Assembly: GCA_965205155.1 (NCBI GenBank)
Contig: OZ242033.1
Location: 1,460,590-1,524,589 of the forward strand
Reading direction: 5' to 3'
Origin: Candidatus Aldehydirespirator sp.
Lineage (GTDB): Bacteria; Actinomycetota; Acidimicrobiia; Acidimicrobiales; Aldehydirespiratoraceae
Length of the DNA stretch: 64,000 nt
Shown in pieces: positions 27,867 through 38,880 of the stretch. The translations under genes and the position numbers were made by a program. A model generated the notes under the pieces. The model searched no databases, had not been told where the DNA came from, and worked only from the letters and a program-made list of their open reading frames with translations. Position 1 is the first letter of the stretch; each line of letters opens with the position of its first letter.

Positions 27867-28180
27867 CCGTTCCCGACCGCGGCCAGGTGTGGTGGGGAGA
27901 GATCGAGCACCTAGGTCGCCGTCCCTTTCTTGTCATGAGCCGGTCGGCCGCCATTCCCGTGCTCAACGGTGTCCTGGCCGCTCCCGTCACGCGCACCGTC
28001 AGGGGCATATCCACCGAATTGCCGCTCAGTCCCGACGACGGCATGCCCGCGGACTGCGCCGCCAGCTTCGACAACCTCAGGGTCGTGCCGAAGGCAAACC
28101 TCGTCGACCAAATCTGCACGCTCCAATCGGCCCGTCTCGCCGAGGCGTGCGCCGCTCTGCTAGCAGCAGTGGACTGCTAG
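27860..28180 (+). CDS. mazF: MazF/PemK-family endoribonuclease toxin
   Basis: 106 aa. RGQVWWGEIE...GRRPFLVMS...VLAAPVTRT...NLRVVPKANL follows the MazF/PemK pattern and the gene is translationally coupled to the RHH gene. Confidence 0.75.
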   Translation: MVTVPDRGQVWWGEIEHLGRRPFLVMSRSAAIPVLNGVLAAPVTRTVRGISTELPLSPDDGMPADCAASFDNLRVVPKANLVDQICTLQSARLAEACAALLAAVDC

Positions 28181-28712
28181 TTCGTCGAAGGCTCCGGCCA
28201 GCTCGTTCTGTGCAGCGCCTAGGTGCTCATTGAAGGCAAAGAACTGCTGCTGTCAACTGTTAGTGCTGGCCGGCTAGCGAGTCCTCTCAACTCGCTCCCG
28301 CTACCGTTACCTGCTACGTTGAGCGATCTCTCTAGGCAAGGGCAAGTCATGAACATCAGCAGGCGGACCTAGATCAGGCCGAGTGATGAGATCACGCTCT
28401 ATACCTCCACGGGCTTGTGTCCGGATGCTGGATTCGGGCCTGTCGCCACACCAATGAGCAATTGGGTTCTGACGGATCGTGAGTTCGGCGCTTCATATAG
28501 TCTTCAAGCTAGGAATACGTTATCATCCTGTGGGGGCGGTGTTGTTGCAAGACTGGGCTGGAGTGAGAGCACGAACGACGAAGGTACGTACTGTGTCTTG
28601 TTGATCCGACGTGCAGATGATCGCAGGGGTGGCCGTGAGACTCATGGGAACGCGACTGAGTAGCGAGTATTAGCGTTACACGTCGAGTGGTAGTGCAAGA
28701 GGAGGTGGCGTA

Positions 28713-30149
28713 GTGCCTGATAAAGAACTCATGAGATGGTTGATACAGAATGGTGTAGATTCCTGGAATTCGGAGCGTGAGAAGCGTTTTGATCTGCCCC
28801 CTGGAATCCATAGTCTACGCTCCGCTTTTGCCCTCCCAGACTTGTCACATGAGAACTTTTGGTGGGCACAACAGGAGTATGGTCAACCCACTGACACATG
28901 GCCGATCTCGCTAGCTGGCATCGATTTCGTCGAGGTCGATCTTTCTAACGCCATGCTGCGTCTTGTTGATCTCACTCGTGCCCATCTTGAGGCTGCTGAC
29001 TTGACTGATGCTAACCTAAATTAGACTACGCTTATCGACGCTCAGCTTCAAGATGCTGACCTATGTAATGCCCTACTTAGAGAAGCGGACCTTACTCGTG
29101 CGGATCTCACTGGTGCAATACTTGCTGGAGCAGACCTTCACAATGCTATCCTGGAAGACACTAACCTAGCCGATGCTGACCTGATTGGAGCCGAACTCTC
29201 GGGAACAAATCTCTGGAAGGCAGTTCTATTCTCACCGAAGCCGAATTCGCCAGAGCAATATGTCGGTCCAATGAAGACGGTTGGTTCCATTGGTGGTCTG
29301 CTAACCAAGATCGGTCAACTAAGAAGCCATCATAGTAGGAGTGATGATGACGTGGTCTTCTTCTTTAGAGGTGAACCCAAGTGCGACTGGGAATTGAAGC
29401 CGTCTGTGAAGCGGGACAACTTTGCCAGTAGCGAGAGTGACATGCTACTAGACCTCATCTCGCGACGGCCCGAAGAGTTCAGCAGACTACCCTCGTCGCT
29501 GGCTCAGTGCGTGTTGGCGCAGCATCATGGTCTTCGGACCCGCTTCTTAGATGTAACGAAGAACCCCATGGTTGCCTTGTTTCATGCTTGTGAGCAGAAC
29601 TCGGATTACGATACCGATGATGGGCGCTTACATATCTTTGCTGTCCCGCGACCCCTAATCAAATCTTTTGAGAGCGACACAGTTAGTGTGATCGCGAACT
29701 TTGCCAAGCTATCTGAGTCAGATCAACATCTTCTATTAGGTAAGAGCACGGGCAATGCAGGATACTCCTATCGAAGACGTCGTGAGTATCGGAAGGCTAT
29801 GAGCCGAATCTATCAACTTGTTCAGAAAGAAAAGCCATATTTTCAGAATCGTATCGATATTCGAGATCTTTTTCGCGTCCTAGTTGTTGAGCCACAACAG
29901 TTTTCGGAGCGTCTTAAGGTGCAATCGAGCGCCTTCTTACTATCTGGATTTCACGAACGATTCGAGAGGAATGAGATTGAAAAGAAGGTCTCGAATGTTC
30001 ACGTTTATGCGCACTATGCTCTATCGATCCTCCATAGCAGAAAGTCAAGAATTCTAGAAGACTTGGAGCTCTTTAATGTTGGACGCGAAACACTATTCCC
30101 AAGTCTAGACGAGTCCGCAAGGGCGATCACACAAGTCTATGGTCAGTAG
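28713..30149 (+). pseudogene. pentapeptide-repeat + FRG-domain gene interrupted by one in-frame TAG (29022-29024)
   Basis: ORF 28713..29024 and ORF 29271..30149 are in the same frame. The 246 nt between them have no further stop and continue the A(D/N)LxX pentapeptide repeats (ADLTDANLN-TAG-TTLIDAQLQDADLCNALLREADLTRADLTGAILAGADL...). The C-terminal part has VVFFFRGEPKCDWELKPSVKR, an FRG-domain signature. G+C is about 45% on a hand-counted line. Confidence 0.7.
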
Positions 30150-30511
30150 TGACGACAAGTCTTGATTCGGACGAGAGATGGCATGAATGGGTCCGCGCGA
30201 CAGACCTGTGAACGGCCCATAACATGGAGTTCGCTGTTGTGTGGAAGCGTAAGTGACATCCGAGAACCGACGGACGGGAGATTGACGGTGCTACTTGATG
30301 CTGTGGGCTGTCGTAATACGAACAGCGACATCGTGGACGACGGGCTTCTCTAGTAGCCCCCGCACCGGGTATTGAAGCTGGTTCTCTACGGCGGGTAGAG
30401 AAAAAGATGGCCATCGCCAGGTTGGCATCCTGGCAATCGACCTAATGTCGGCCGCCCTCCCCGAGACGCATCCTCAGGAGGTGCCAAGCGTGAGGAACAC
30501 TGCCTGACAGA

Positions 30512-31327
30512 TCAGTCTTCGAAGACTGGGGGGCGTTTCTCGGAGCGGGCTAGGACGGCCTCTTCGAAGTTTTGGGTGGTCATGCGGACCAGCAGTTGGG
30601 CGTTCATCTCCGCGCGCATGTGGGCCGCGTAGTTCGACGCCTCGAGGCCGGCCCACAGCATCCGCTTGGTGAGTTCGGTGCCGGGCCGGCTGAAGGCGGC
30701 GATGCGAGTGCCGATCTCGTAGCAGCGCTGCAGCAACTCGGAGGGTTCCACCGTCTCGCTGACCAGGCCTATGCGGGCCGCCTCGTCGGCGTCGACGTCC
30801 CGGCCGGTCAGCATGATGTCGAAGGCCCTCGACGAGCCGATCGCCCTCGGCAGCGTGAAGCTCAGGCCCAACTCGGACGCAGTGAGGCCGTTGTTGATGC
30901 CGGCGGCCCGGAAGTAGGCGTCGGTGGACGCGACACGTATGTCGCAGGCCAGGGCCAGGCACAGCCCCCCGCCGATGGCCGCGCCGTTGATGGCCGCGAT
31001 CACCGGCTGGTGCAGGTCTCCGATCAGCTCGATCACCTCGTGGAGCCGGTCGGCGGCCCGGTGGGCGATGGTTGAACGGGTGAGGCCCTCGACGTAGGGA
31101 ACCCGGCCCGCGCTCACCATGTCGGCTCCGGAGCAGAAGCCGTGGCCGGCGCCGGTGACCACCACGGCCCTCACGTCGTTGTCATTGTTGACGCCGCGAA
31201 GGGCGTCGGCGAGCGGCACCATCACGTCGAAGGCCATTGCGTTCATGCGCTCGGGGCGGTTGAGGGTGACCAGCGCTATCTCCGGCCGGGGATGATCGAC
31301 CAGTACGAAGTCATCGGATGAGGGCAT
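30512..31327 (-). CDS. enoyl-CoA hydratase/isomerase (crotonase) family
   Basis: VVVTGAGHGFCSGADM oxyanion-hole motif and AAINGAAIGGGLCLALACD. Confidence 0.85.
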   Translation of the reverse strand: MPSSDDFVLVDHPRPEIALVTLNRPERMNAMAFDVMVPLADALRGVNNDNDVRAVVVTGAGHGFCSGADMVSAGRVPYVEGLTRSTIAHRAADRLHEVIELIGDLHQPVIAAINGAAIGGGLCLALACDIRVASTDAYFRAAGINNGLTASELGLSFTLPRAIGSSRAFDIMLTGRDVDADEAARIGLVSETVEPSELLQRCYEIGTRIAAFSRPGTELTKRMLWAGLEASNYAAHMRAEMNAQLLVRMTTQNFEEAVLARSEKRPPVFED

Positions 31328-31379
31328 GGGGCGAAGGTATCAGCCCCCGACCCGGTGGCCGGTGCCCCGTCGCGACCGC

Positions 31380-31418
31380 GGGCTCAGTCACCGGGCTCAG
31401 TCACCGGGCTCAGTCACC
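31380..31418. repeat. 13-bp tandem repeat x3 (GGGCTCAGTCACC) spanning the stop codon of the SDR gene
   Basis: Three perfect units at 31380-31392, 31393-31405 and 31406-31418. On the minus strand the unit reads GGTGACTGAGCCC. The first unit supplies the final Gly-Asp-stop of the gene. Confidence 0.95.
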
Positions 31419-32189
31419 GAGGTCGGGCTTCCACGCGGCGCCGTTGATATGGCCGCCACCGTCGACGAACAGGGTGTTGCCGGTCATGTACCGGCTGGCG
31501 TCCGAGGCCAGGAACACCACCACCGGGGCAATGTCCTCGTCGGGGTCACCGATCCGGCCCATCGGGTTGGAGGCGTCGGCCGCGGCCAGCAGATCGGGAT
31601 GAGCGTCCATCACCCGGTTGAAGCTCGCCGACTTGGCCGCCGGGCACACGATGTTGGCGGTGATGCCCCATCCGGCCCATTCCCGGGCCGCGGTGCGGGT
31701 GGCCGCCCGCAGCGCCTCCTTGGCCGAGTTGTACTCGACCGTGCCCATGTGGGCGTTGACCCCGTTGAGGGAGCACATGTTGATGACCCGACCCCAGCCG
31801 TTGGCTTTCATGATGGGCAGCGCGGCGGCCATGGCCCAGAACGGGCCGTAGAACCCCACCGCCAGGGCACGGCTCATCCCGGCGGCGGACTTGTGCTCCA
31901 CCCGGCTCACCTCGCCACCACCCCAGGCGTTGTTGACCAGGATGTCCACCGAGCCCCAGCGCTGGGCCGCTCTAGCGACCATGGCCTCGACCGCGGCCCG
32001 CTCGCCCACGTCGGTTGAAATGAACTCGCCGGCGTCGCCGAACTCCGCAGCGGCGTCCTCGCCGAGATCCTCGTCGATCTCGGCCACGAGCACATTGGCT
32101 CCCTCGGCTACGAACGCCCGGGCCACCGACCGCCCGATGCCCTCGCCCGCGCCGGTGACTATCGCAGTCCTGCCGTCCAGCTGCCCCAT
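31410..32189 (-). CDS. short-chain dehydrogenase/reductase
   Basis: TAIVTGAGEGIGRS, NNAW, and YNSAKEA (YxxxK). ATG at 32189 follows GGGAGG. Confidence 0.85.
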   Translation of the reverse strand: MGQLDGRTAIVTGAGEGIGRSVARAFVAEGANVLVAEIDEDLGEDAAAEFGDAGEFISTDVGERAAVEAMVARAAQRWGSVDILVNNAWGGGEVSRVEHKSAAGMSRALAVGFYGPFWAMAAALPIMKANGWGRVINMCSLNGVNAHMGTVEYNSAKEALRAATRTAAREWAGWGITANIVCPAAKSASFNRVMDAHPDLLAAADASNPMGRIGDPDEDIAPVVVFLASDASRYMTGNTLFVDGGGHINGAAWKPDLGD

Positions 32190-32296
32190 GGCCTGCCTCC
32201 CGCTTTGAGCCGTTGCTTCATTCTTCCCCAGCGGCTGCACCGGCGCGGGAGTGATAGACAACCGGCACGACATCCCCCCAGCCGAAGAGGAGTCCG

Positions 32297-32968
32297 GTGG
32301 AGGACCTGCAACAGAGAGCCCAGCGCATCGCGGCCAAGCGCAGCTCCATGTGGGTGTACCGCTCCGTGCGTCGCACCATCATGACGGTGCTGTACCCCTA
32401 CTTCCGGGTGCAGCGCCGCGGCCGGGAGCACCTCGACATCGAAGGACCGGTGATCGTGGCCCCGGTGCACCGGTCCAACCTCGACACACCGCTGCTGTCC
32501 GGCATGAGCCGCCGTCGCCTGCGGGCGCTGTCCAAGGAGTCGCTGTTCTCCAACCGGTACTTCGGAGCCTTCCTGGCGGCGCTGGGAGCGTTCCCCGTGC
32601 GGCGGGGCGTAGCCGACCTGGAGGCGATGCGGGAGGCGGTCAAGATGCTGGAGGCGGGCGAGCAGATGGTGGTGTTCCCCGAGGGTACCCGCCAGACGGG
32701 GACCCAGGTGGGGGAGGTGTTCGACGGCATGAGCTACCTCGCGTCGCGAACCGGCGCGGCCATCGTGCCGGTAGGGATCTCAGGAACCGAGGCCGCGATG
32801 AGCACCGGCACCCGGCTGCCCCGGCCGGTCAGGGTGGCCATGGTGGCCGGACCGCCCATCCGCCCGCCGGAGGGTCGCATGACCCGCCCCCAGATGAGCC
32901 GCTTCTCCGAGATGGTGCGCGAGCGCCTCCAGGAGGTCTTCGACGAAGCCTGGGCGCTAGTCGACTGA
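32297..32968 (+). CDS. plsC: 1-acyl-sn-glycerol-3-phosphate acyltransferase family
   Basis: HxxxxD motif (APVHRSNLD), FPEGTR motif and PVGISG. GTG start after GAAGAGGAG. Confidence 0.8.
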   Translation: MEDLQQRAQRIAAKRSSMWVYRSVRRTIMTVLYPYFRVQRRGREHLDIEGPVIVAPVHRSNLDTPLLSGMSRRRLRALSKESLFSNRYFGAFLAALGAFPVRRGVADLEAMREAVKMLEAGEQMVVFPEGTRQTGTQVGEVFDGMSYLASRTGAAIVPVGISGTEAAMSTGTRLPRPVRVAMVAGPPIRPPEGRMTRPQMSRFSEMVRERLQEVFDEAWALVD

Positions 32969-33004
32969 ACGGGCCCACACAGGCGGCCGGTAGCCTCGGT
33001 ATAC

Positions 33005-34201
<1,197 letters not shown>

Positions 34202-34212
34202 CGCATCTGTCG

Positions 34213-34261
34213 GGAATTGGCAGCGTTGTGCACGGCATGCGTGCATTCTGCTGCCAATTCC
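34213..34261 (+). repeat. repeat family 1, copy 3 (perfect 12-bp stem hairpin) between icd and the ABC exporter
   Basis: GGAATTGGCAGC-25 nt-GCTGCCAATTCC. The loop sequence is about 80% identical to copies at 15978 and 16049. Confidence 0.9.
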
Positions 34262-34278
34262 GCCGTTAGGGGGACGGG

Positions 34279-36033
34279 GTGAGCGCTTCCCGCGACAGCA
34301 TGGCCCGCCGGGGCTACCGGCTGATAATGCGGTCGGTGCGGGCCCATCCCGTGCCTCACCTGCTGGCCCTGCTCGGCGCGCTCGGGTTCGTCGCCACCAC
34401 CGTAGGGACCGCCTGGCTGCTGGGCTGGATCACCGACAACGTGATCATCGCGCCGGATTCCGAGCGGACCGGCCCGGCCGTCGCCGCCGTGATCGTGATC
34501 GGGATCTCGGTGGCCAGCGGGATCTCGGTGCTGATGCGCCGGTGGTTCCTGGCCATGGCCGAGTTGCGAACCCAGCGTGACTGGCGGCGAGCCCTCCTTC
34601 ACCGCTACATCGACCTGCCCATGGACTTCCACCGCGAGCGCGACCCGGGCGAACTCCTCGCCCACGCCGACTCCGACGTCAACACGGCAACCATGGTGCT
34701 CAAGCCCCTGGCGTTCGCGGTCAGCGTGGTGGTCCTCGTGGTGGTCACGATGGCCGCCCTGTTCGCCGCCCATCCGCTGCTGGCACTGATCGCGGCGGTC
34801 GTGTTCCCGGCGCTGGCGGTGATCAGCCGGATCTACACGCGCGTGGTCGAGGCGCCCTCGGCCGAAGTCCAGCGGCGGGTCGGCGAGGTGTCGGAGGTCG
34901 CCCACGAGAGCTTCGACGGAGCGGTGGTGGTGAAGACTCTCGGCCGGGAGCCCATCGAAGTGGAGCGGATGAGGGTCGCGTCGGAGCGGCTCCGCGACGA
35001 GCGCATCCGGGTGGGTCGGATGCGGGCCAGCTTCGAGCCCTCCATAGACGCCCTGCCCACGGCGGGCGCCATCGTCCTGCTGCTGGTTGGAGCCTGGCTG
35101 GTGGGGCGAGGCTCGGCTACGCCCGGCGACCTGGTGCTGGCCGCGACTCTGTTCTCGCTGCTCGCCCTGCCGCTGTTCATCGTCGGGTTCTTCCTGGAGG
35201 AGATGCCCCGTTCAGTGGTGTCGCTGGAGCGAGTGGACCGGGTGCTGGACCGGCCTCTCAAGCCTTCAGCCGAGCCCGAGGGCAACGGCCCGGTACTGCC
35301 CCCGGGTCCGCTCGGTCTACAGATTGACAGCCTCGCGGTCCGCTACGGATCGCGTCTCGTCCTCGACGGGTTGTCGCTTGCCGTCAGCCCGGGCGAGACC
35401 GTGGCGCTAGTGGGCGCAACCGGCTCGGGCAAGTCCACGCTGCTCGAGACCGTGGCCGGGCTCAACGCTGTGGCCGGCGGCTCGATACACCTCTCGGGCG
35501 CGGCTCCACAAGACGTTCCGTCCAATGAGTTCCACAGTGCAGTAGCGCTGGTGTTCCAGGAGGCGTTCCTGTTCGCCGATTCGGTGGCCGAGAACGTCGG
35601 ACTGCAGTGGGGAGGCTCAACGGCCGACGTGACCGCCGCGCTGGACTCAGCGGCTGCGGGCGCCTTCGTGGACGCACTGCCCTACGGCGGCGCCACCGTG
35701 GTGGGGGAACGGGGTGTGACCCTCTCCGGTGGCCAGCGGCAGCGGGTGGCGCTGGCCCGCGCCCTCGTCCGCTCGCCCCGTCTGCTCATGCTCGACGACG
35801 CCACCAGCGCGGTCGACCCCGTCGTGGAGGGTGAGATCCTTGCCAACCTCCGCCGCGACCTCGACACCACGATGCTTGTGGTAGCGCACAGGATCTCCAC
35901 GATCGAACTCGCCGACCGGGTTGCGTACCTGGCCGGTGGCAGGATCGTCGCCACCGGTACCCACGATGAGTTGCTGGGCATCGACGACTACCGGTCGCTG
36001 GTATCGGCCTACGAGCAGGCTGAAGTCCCGTGA
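34279..36033 (+). CDS. ABC exporter, fused permease/ATPase (half-transporter 1)
   Basis: An N-terminal six-helix-like hydrophobic region is followed by Walker A GATGSGKST, signature LSGGQRQR and Walker B LLMLDDATS. Confidence 0.85.
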   Translation: MSASRDSMARRGYRLIMRSVRAHPVPHLLALLGALGFVATTVGTAWLLGWITDNVIIAPDSERTGPAVAAVIVIGISVASGISVLMRRWFLAMAELRTQRDWRRALLHRYIDLPMDFHRERDPGELLAHADSDVNTATMVLKPLAFAVSVVVLVVVTMAALFAAHPLLALIAAVVFPALAVISRIYTRVVEAPSAEVQRRVGEVSEVAHESFDGAVVVKTLGREPIEVERMRVASERLRDERIRVGRMRASFEPSIDALPTAGAIVLLLVGAWLVGRGSATPGDLVLAATLFSLLALPLFIVGFFLEEMPRSVVSLERVDRVLDRPLKPSAEPEGNGPVLPPGPLGLQIDSLAVRYGSRLVLDGLSLAVSPGETVALVGATGSGKSTLLETVAGLNAVAGGSIHLSGAAPQDVPSNEFHSAVALVFQEAFLFADSVAENVGLQWGGSTADVTAALDSAAAGAFVDALPYGGATVVGERGVTLSGGQRQRVALARALVRSPRLLMLDDATSAVDPVVEGEILANLRRDLDTTMLVVAHRISTIELADRVAYLAGGRIVATGTHDELLGIDDYRSLVSAYEQAEVP

Positions 36034-37838
36034 GCGACGCACAGGAAACCGAGGTCCAAGCACTCCGAGTGTTGCGTCGCGGCTTCGCCATGAGCCCGGA
36101 ATTGCGTCGAGGGCTTCCGGTGATAGCCGCGGTGGGGCTGTTCGCCGCCGTCGGCAGGCTGATCGTGCCGGTCATGGTGCAACTCGTGCTCGACCACGGC
36201 GTGATCGGCCCGGACGGCTACCGGCCCGGTGTCGTGTGGGCCCTGTCGTTGGCCGCGCTGGGAGCAGTGTTGGTGGTAGCCGCGGCCAGCCGCTTCGCCC
36301 TGATCCGGCTGGTGCGCATGGCCGAGTCGGTACTGCTCGGTCTGAGGGTCAGGGCGTTCGAGCACATCCACCGGCTGAGCCTGGCCACCCACACCGAGTC
36401 GCGCCGGGGGGTGCTGGTGGCCCGGGTGACGAGCGACATCGAGGCCATGGCCATCTTCATGCAGTGGGGCGCCATGTCCTGGACCATCAACCCGGTACTG
36501 ATCATGGCGACGCTGGCAGTGATGCTGTTCTACAGCTGGCAGCTGACGCTGCTGGTGCTTGTTCTGCACCTGCTGCTCCTGCCGTTCATGCGCTGGGTGC
36601 AGCGCCGCCAGATCGCGGCCCACGCCCGGGTGCGCGACCGGGTGGCCGACACCATGGGCCACACCAGCGAGACGGTGTCGGCCGCGGCGGTGATACGGGC
36701 ATACGGGTACCGCCGCGCCGTCCGGACCCGCCTCGACCGTGCCGTGGACCGCCAGTACGAGGCCCAGATGTCCGCCTTCAAGTGGTGGGCGTTTCTGATG
36801 CCGACAGTCGACCTGGTGTCGTCGGTGGCTCTGGCTGCGGCCCTCGTCGCTGGCGTGACGTGGAGCGAGGAGCTGGGCATCGGCCCGGGCGGGCTGGTGG
36901 CGTTCGTGTTCCTTGTGCGGCTCCTGATGAGGCCGATCTCGGAAATCGGCGAGGTGTTCGACACCACCCAGGCGGCGCTGGCGGCGTGGTGGAAGGTGAT
37001 GGGAGTGCTGGACACACCGGTCGAGGTGGTCGAGCCGGAGCCCGCTGAGGCAGAGGAGCTGCCTGCGGGTCCACTGCCCGTGGAAGTCCGGGGCGTGAGC
37101 TTCTCGTACCGTGCCGGCGAGCCCGTGCTGCGGGGGATCGACGTGCGCATGCCGCCCGACGCCAATGTGGCCGTGGTGGGGGAGACCGGTTCCGGGAAGA
37201 CCACCTTCGTGCGGCTGCTGGCCCGCCTTGCCGACCCCTCGTCCGGCGACGTGCTGATCGGCGGCGTGGACCTTCGCGCCGTAGCGCCCGAGGCTCGCCG
37301 TCGGAGCATCAGGATGGTTCCCCAGGACGGCTTCCTGTTCGCGGCCACAATCGAGGACAACATCCGCTACGGCCGGCCCGATGCCACCGCAGCCGACGCG
37401 GCCGCGGCCATAGACGAGCTTGGGCTGCGGGGCTGGGTCGAAGGGCTCCCGGCCGGAATGCAGACTCCGGTGGGCCAGCGAGGCGGGCGGCTGTCGGTAG
37501 GCGAGCGCCAACTGGTGGCGCTGGCCCGGGCCCAGGTCGCCGATCCGGGCCTGCTGATCCTGGACGAGGCCACCTCCGCAGTGGATCCCGAGACCGAGGA
37601 GGCTCTGGCCGCGGCGATGGCCCATCTGGCGGTGGGCCGCACGACGGTGTCGGTAGCCCATCGCCTGAGCACCGCCGAGCGCGCCGACATGGTGCTGGTG
37701 TTCGACGACGGCCGTGTCGTGGAGCAGGGCACCCACCGCGATCTGGTCGCTGCGGGCGGCGTGTACGCCCTGCTGCACCGGTCCTGGGTGGGCAACACCC
37801 GCCAGACCGCGTTGAGGGCCGGCGCTCAGCCCTGCTGA
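36030..37838 (+). CDS. ABC exporter, fused permease/ATPase (half-transporter 2)
   Basis: 4-nt overlap (GTGA) with the upstream gene. Walker A GETGSGKTT, signature LSVGERQL and Walker B LLILDEATS. The two are likely heterodimeric partners. Confidence 0.85.
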   Translation: MSDAQETEVQALRVLRRGFAMSPELRRGLPVIAAVGLFAAVGRLIVPVMVQLVLDHGVIGPDGYRPGVVWALSLAALGAVLVVAAASRFALIRLVRMAESVLLGLRVRAFEHIHRLSLATHTESRRGVLVARVTSDIEAMAIFMQWGAMSWTINPVLIMATLAVMLFYSWQLTLLVLVLHLLLLPFMRWVQRRQIAAHARVRDRVADTMGHTSETVSAAAVIRAYGYRRAVRTRLDRAVDRQYEAQMSAFKWWAFLMPTVDLVSSVALAAALVAGVTWSEELGIGPGGLVAFVFLVRLLMRPISEIGEVFDTTQAALAAWWKVMGVLDTPVEVVEPEPAEAEELPAGPLPVEVRGVSFSYRAGEPVLRGIDVRMPPDANVAVVGETGSGKTTFVRLLARLADPSSGDVLIGGVDLRAVAPEARRRSIRMVPQDGFLFAATIEDNIRYGRPDATAADAAAAIDELGLRGWVEGLPAGMQTPVGQRGGRLSVGERQLVALARAQVADPGLLILDEATSAVDPETEEALAAAMAHLAVGRTTVSVAHRLSTAERADMVLVFDDGRVVEQGTHRDLVAAGGVYALLHRSWVGNTRQTALRAGAQPC

Positions 37839-37859
37839 GGGCGTCCCGCACCGGCTACC

Positions 37860-38855
37860 GTGCCCGCCATGCGTGATCCAGTGAGAGTGGCTGTCACCGG
37901 CGCGGCCGGGCAGATCGGTTACAGCCTGTTGTTCCGCATCGCCTCGGGCTCGATGCTCGGACCCGACCAGCCGGTGATCCTCCAGATGCTGGAGATCCCG
38001 CCGGCCATGGACGCCCTGCGGGGCGTGGCCATGGAGCTCGACGATTGCGCCTTCGGGCTGCTGGCCGGCATGGTGCTCAGCGACGATCCCGACGGGGCCT
38101 TCGACGGAGCGCAGATCGCTTTGCTGGTGGGCTCGCGGCCCCGCACCAAGGGCATGGAGCGCAAGGACCTGCTGGAGGCCAACGGCGCGATCTTCACCGT
38201 GCAGGGCCGGGCTCTGGCCGCCCGCGCCGCTGATGATCTGCGGGTGCTGGTGGTGGGCAACCCCGCCAACACAAATTGCCTGATCGCCATGAACAACGCC
38301 GCAGGGGTGCCACGCGAGCGGTTCACGGCCATGACCCGCCTCGACCACAACCGGGCCAAGGCGCAGTTCGCGGCCCGCGTGGGCGCCACCGTGGGCGATG
38401 TCCGCAAGATGACGATCTGGGGAAACCACTCCGCCACCCAGTACCCCGACCTGTTCCACTGCGAGGTGGGGGGCCGCAACGCAGCCGGACTCGTCGACGA
38501 CCAGGAATGGCTCGAGGGAACGTTCATACCAACCGTGCAGCAGCGGGGCGCGGCCATCATCGAGGCTCGTGGCGCCTCGTCGGCCGCCTCCGCAGCCAAC
38601 GCAGCCGTCGACCACGTGCGCGACTGGATGCTGGGCACGCCGCCGGACGACTGGGTGTCGATGGCAGTCCCCTCCGACGGCAGCTACGGCGTGCCCGAAG
38701 GGCTGATCTCGTCGTTCCCGGCCACCTGCGCGGGCGGCGCCTACCAGATTGTCGTGGGACTGGAGATCGACGAGTTCTCGCGGTCCCGCATCGACACCTC
38801 CGTGGCTGAGCTGGCCGCCGAGCGCGACACGGTGGCCTCACTCGGCCTCATCTAA
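37860..38855 (+). CDS. mdh: malate dehydrogenase
   Basis: [45 protein letters not shown]. The start is either GTG 37860 or ATG 37869. Confidence 0.9.
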   Translation: MPAMRDPVRVAVTGAAGQIGYSLLFRIASGSMLGPDQPVILQMLEIPPAMDALRGVAMELDDCAFGLLAGMVLSDDPDGAFDGAQIALLVGSRPRTKGMERKDLLEANGAIFTVQGRALAARAADDLRVLVVGNPANTNCLIAMNNAAGVPRERFTAMTRLDHNRAKAQFAARVGATVGDVRKMTIWGNHSATQYPDLFHCEVGGRNAAGLVDDQEWLEGTFIPTVQQRGAAIIEARGASSAASAANAAVDHVRDWMLGTPPDDWVSMAVPSDGSYGVPEGLISSFPATCAGGAYQIVVGLEIDEFSRSRIDTSVAELAAERDTVASLGLI

Positions 38856-38880
38856 GAGACCGAGCGGGAGGCGGCGCCCC

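Noticed and set aside
29022-29024. In-frame TAG read as pyrrolysine (an MttB-family gene is in the same window)
   Set aside because: No pylS/pylT/pylBCD genes are visible. The MttB-family gene itself has no in-frame TAG, so it is the non-Pyl type. The TAG also lies in a foreign low-GC gene unrelated to methylamine metabolism. A nonsense mutation or sequencing error is far more likely.
30150-30511. Small ORFs (63-95 aa) at the right end of island 1
   Set aside because: They have no RBS, mixed codon bias and no recognisable motifs, and they overlap each other on both strands. They are treated as non-coding or decayed sequence.
36009-38615. 868-aa minus-strand ORF
   Set aside because: It is antisense to the second ABC exporter gene and to mdh, both of which have unambiguous motifs. 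Its composition is Gly/His/Arg/Pro-rich with no motifs. It is a GC-driven artefact. The same reasoning applies to 14202..15947 (-), 4999..6138 (-), 16898..18268 (-), 47785..48897 (-), 56142..57575 (-), 6367..7512 (-) and similar ORFs.
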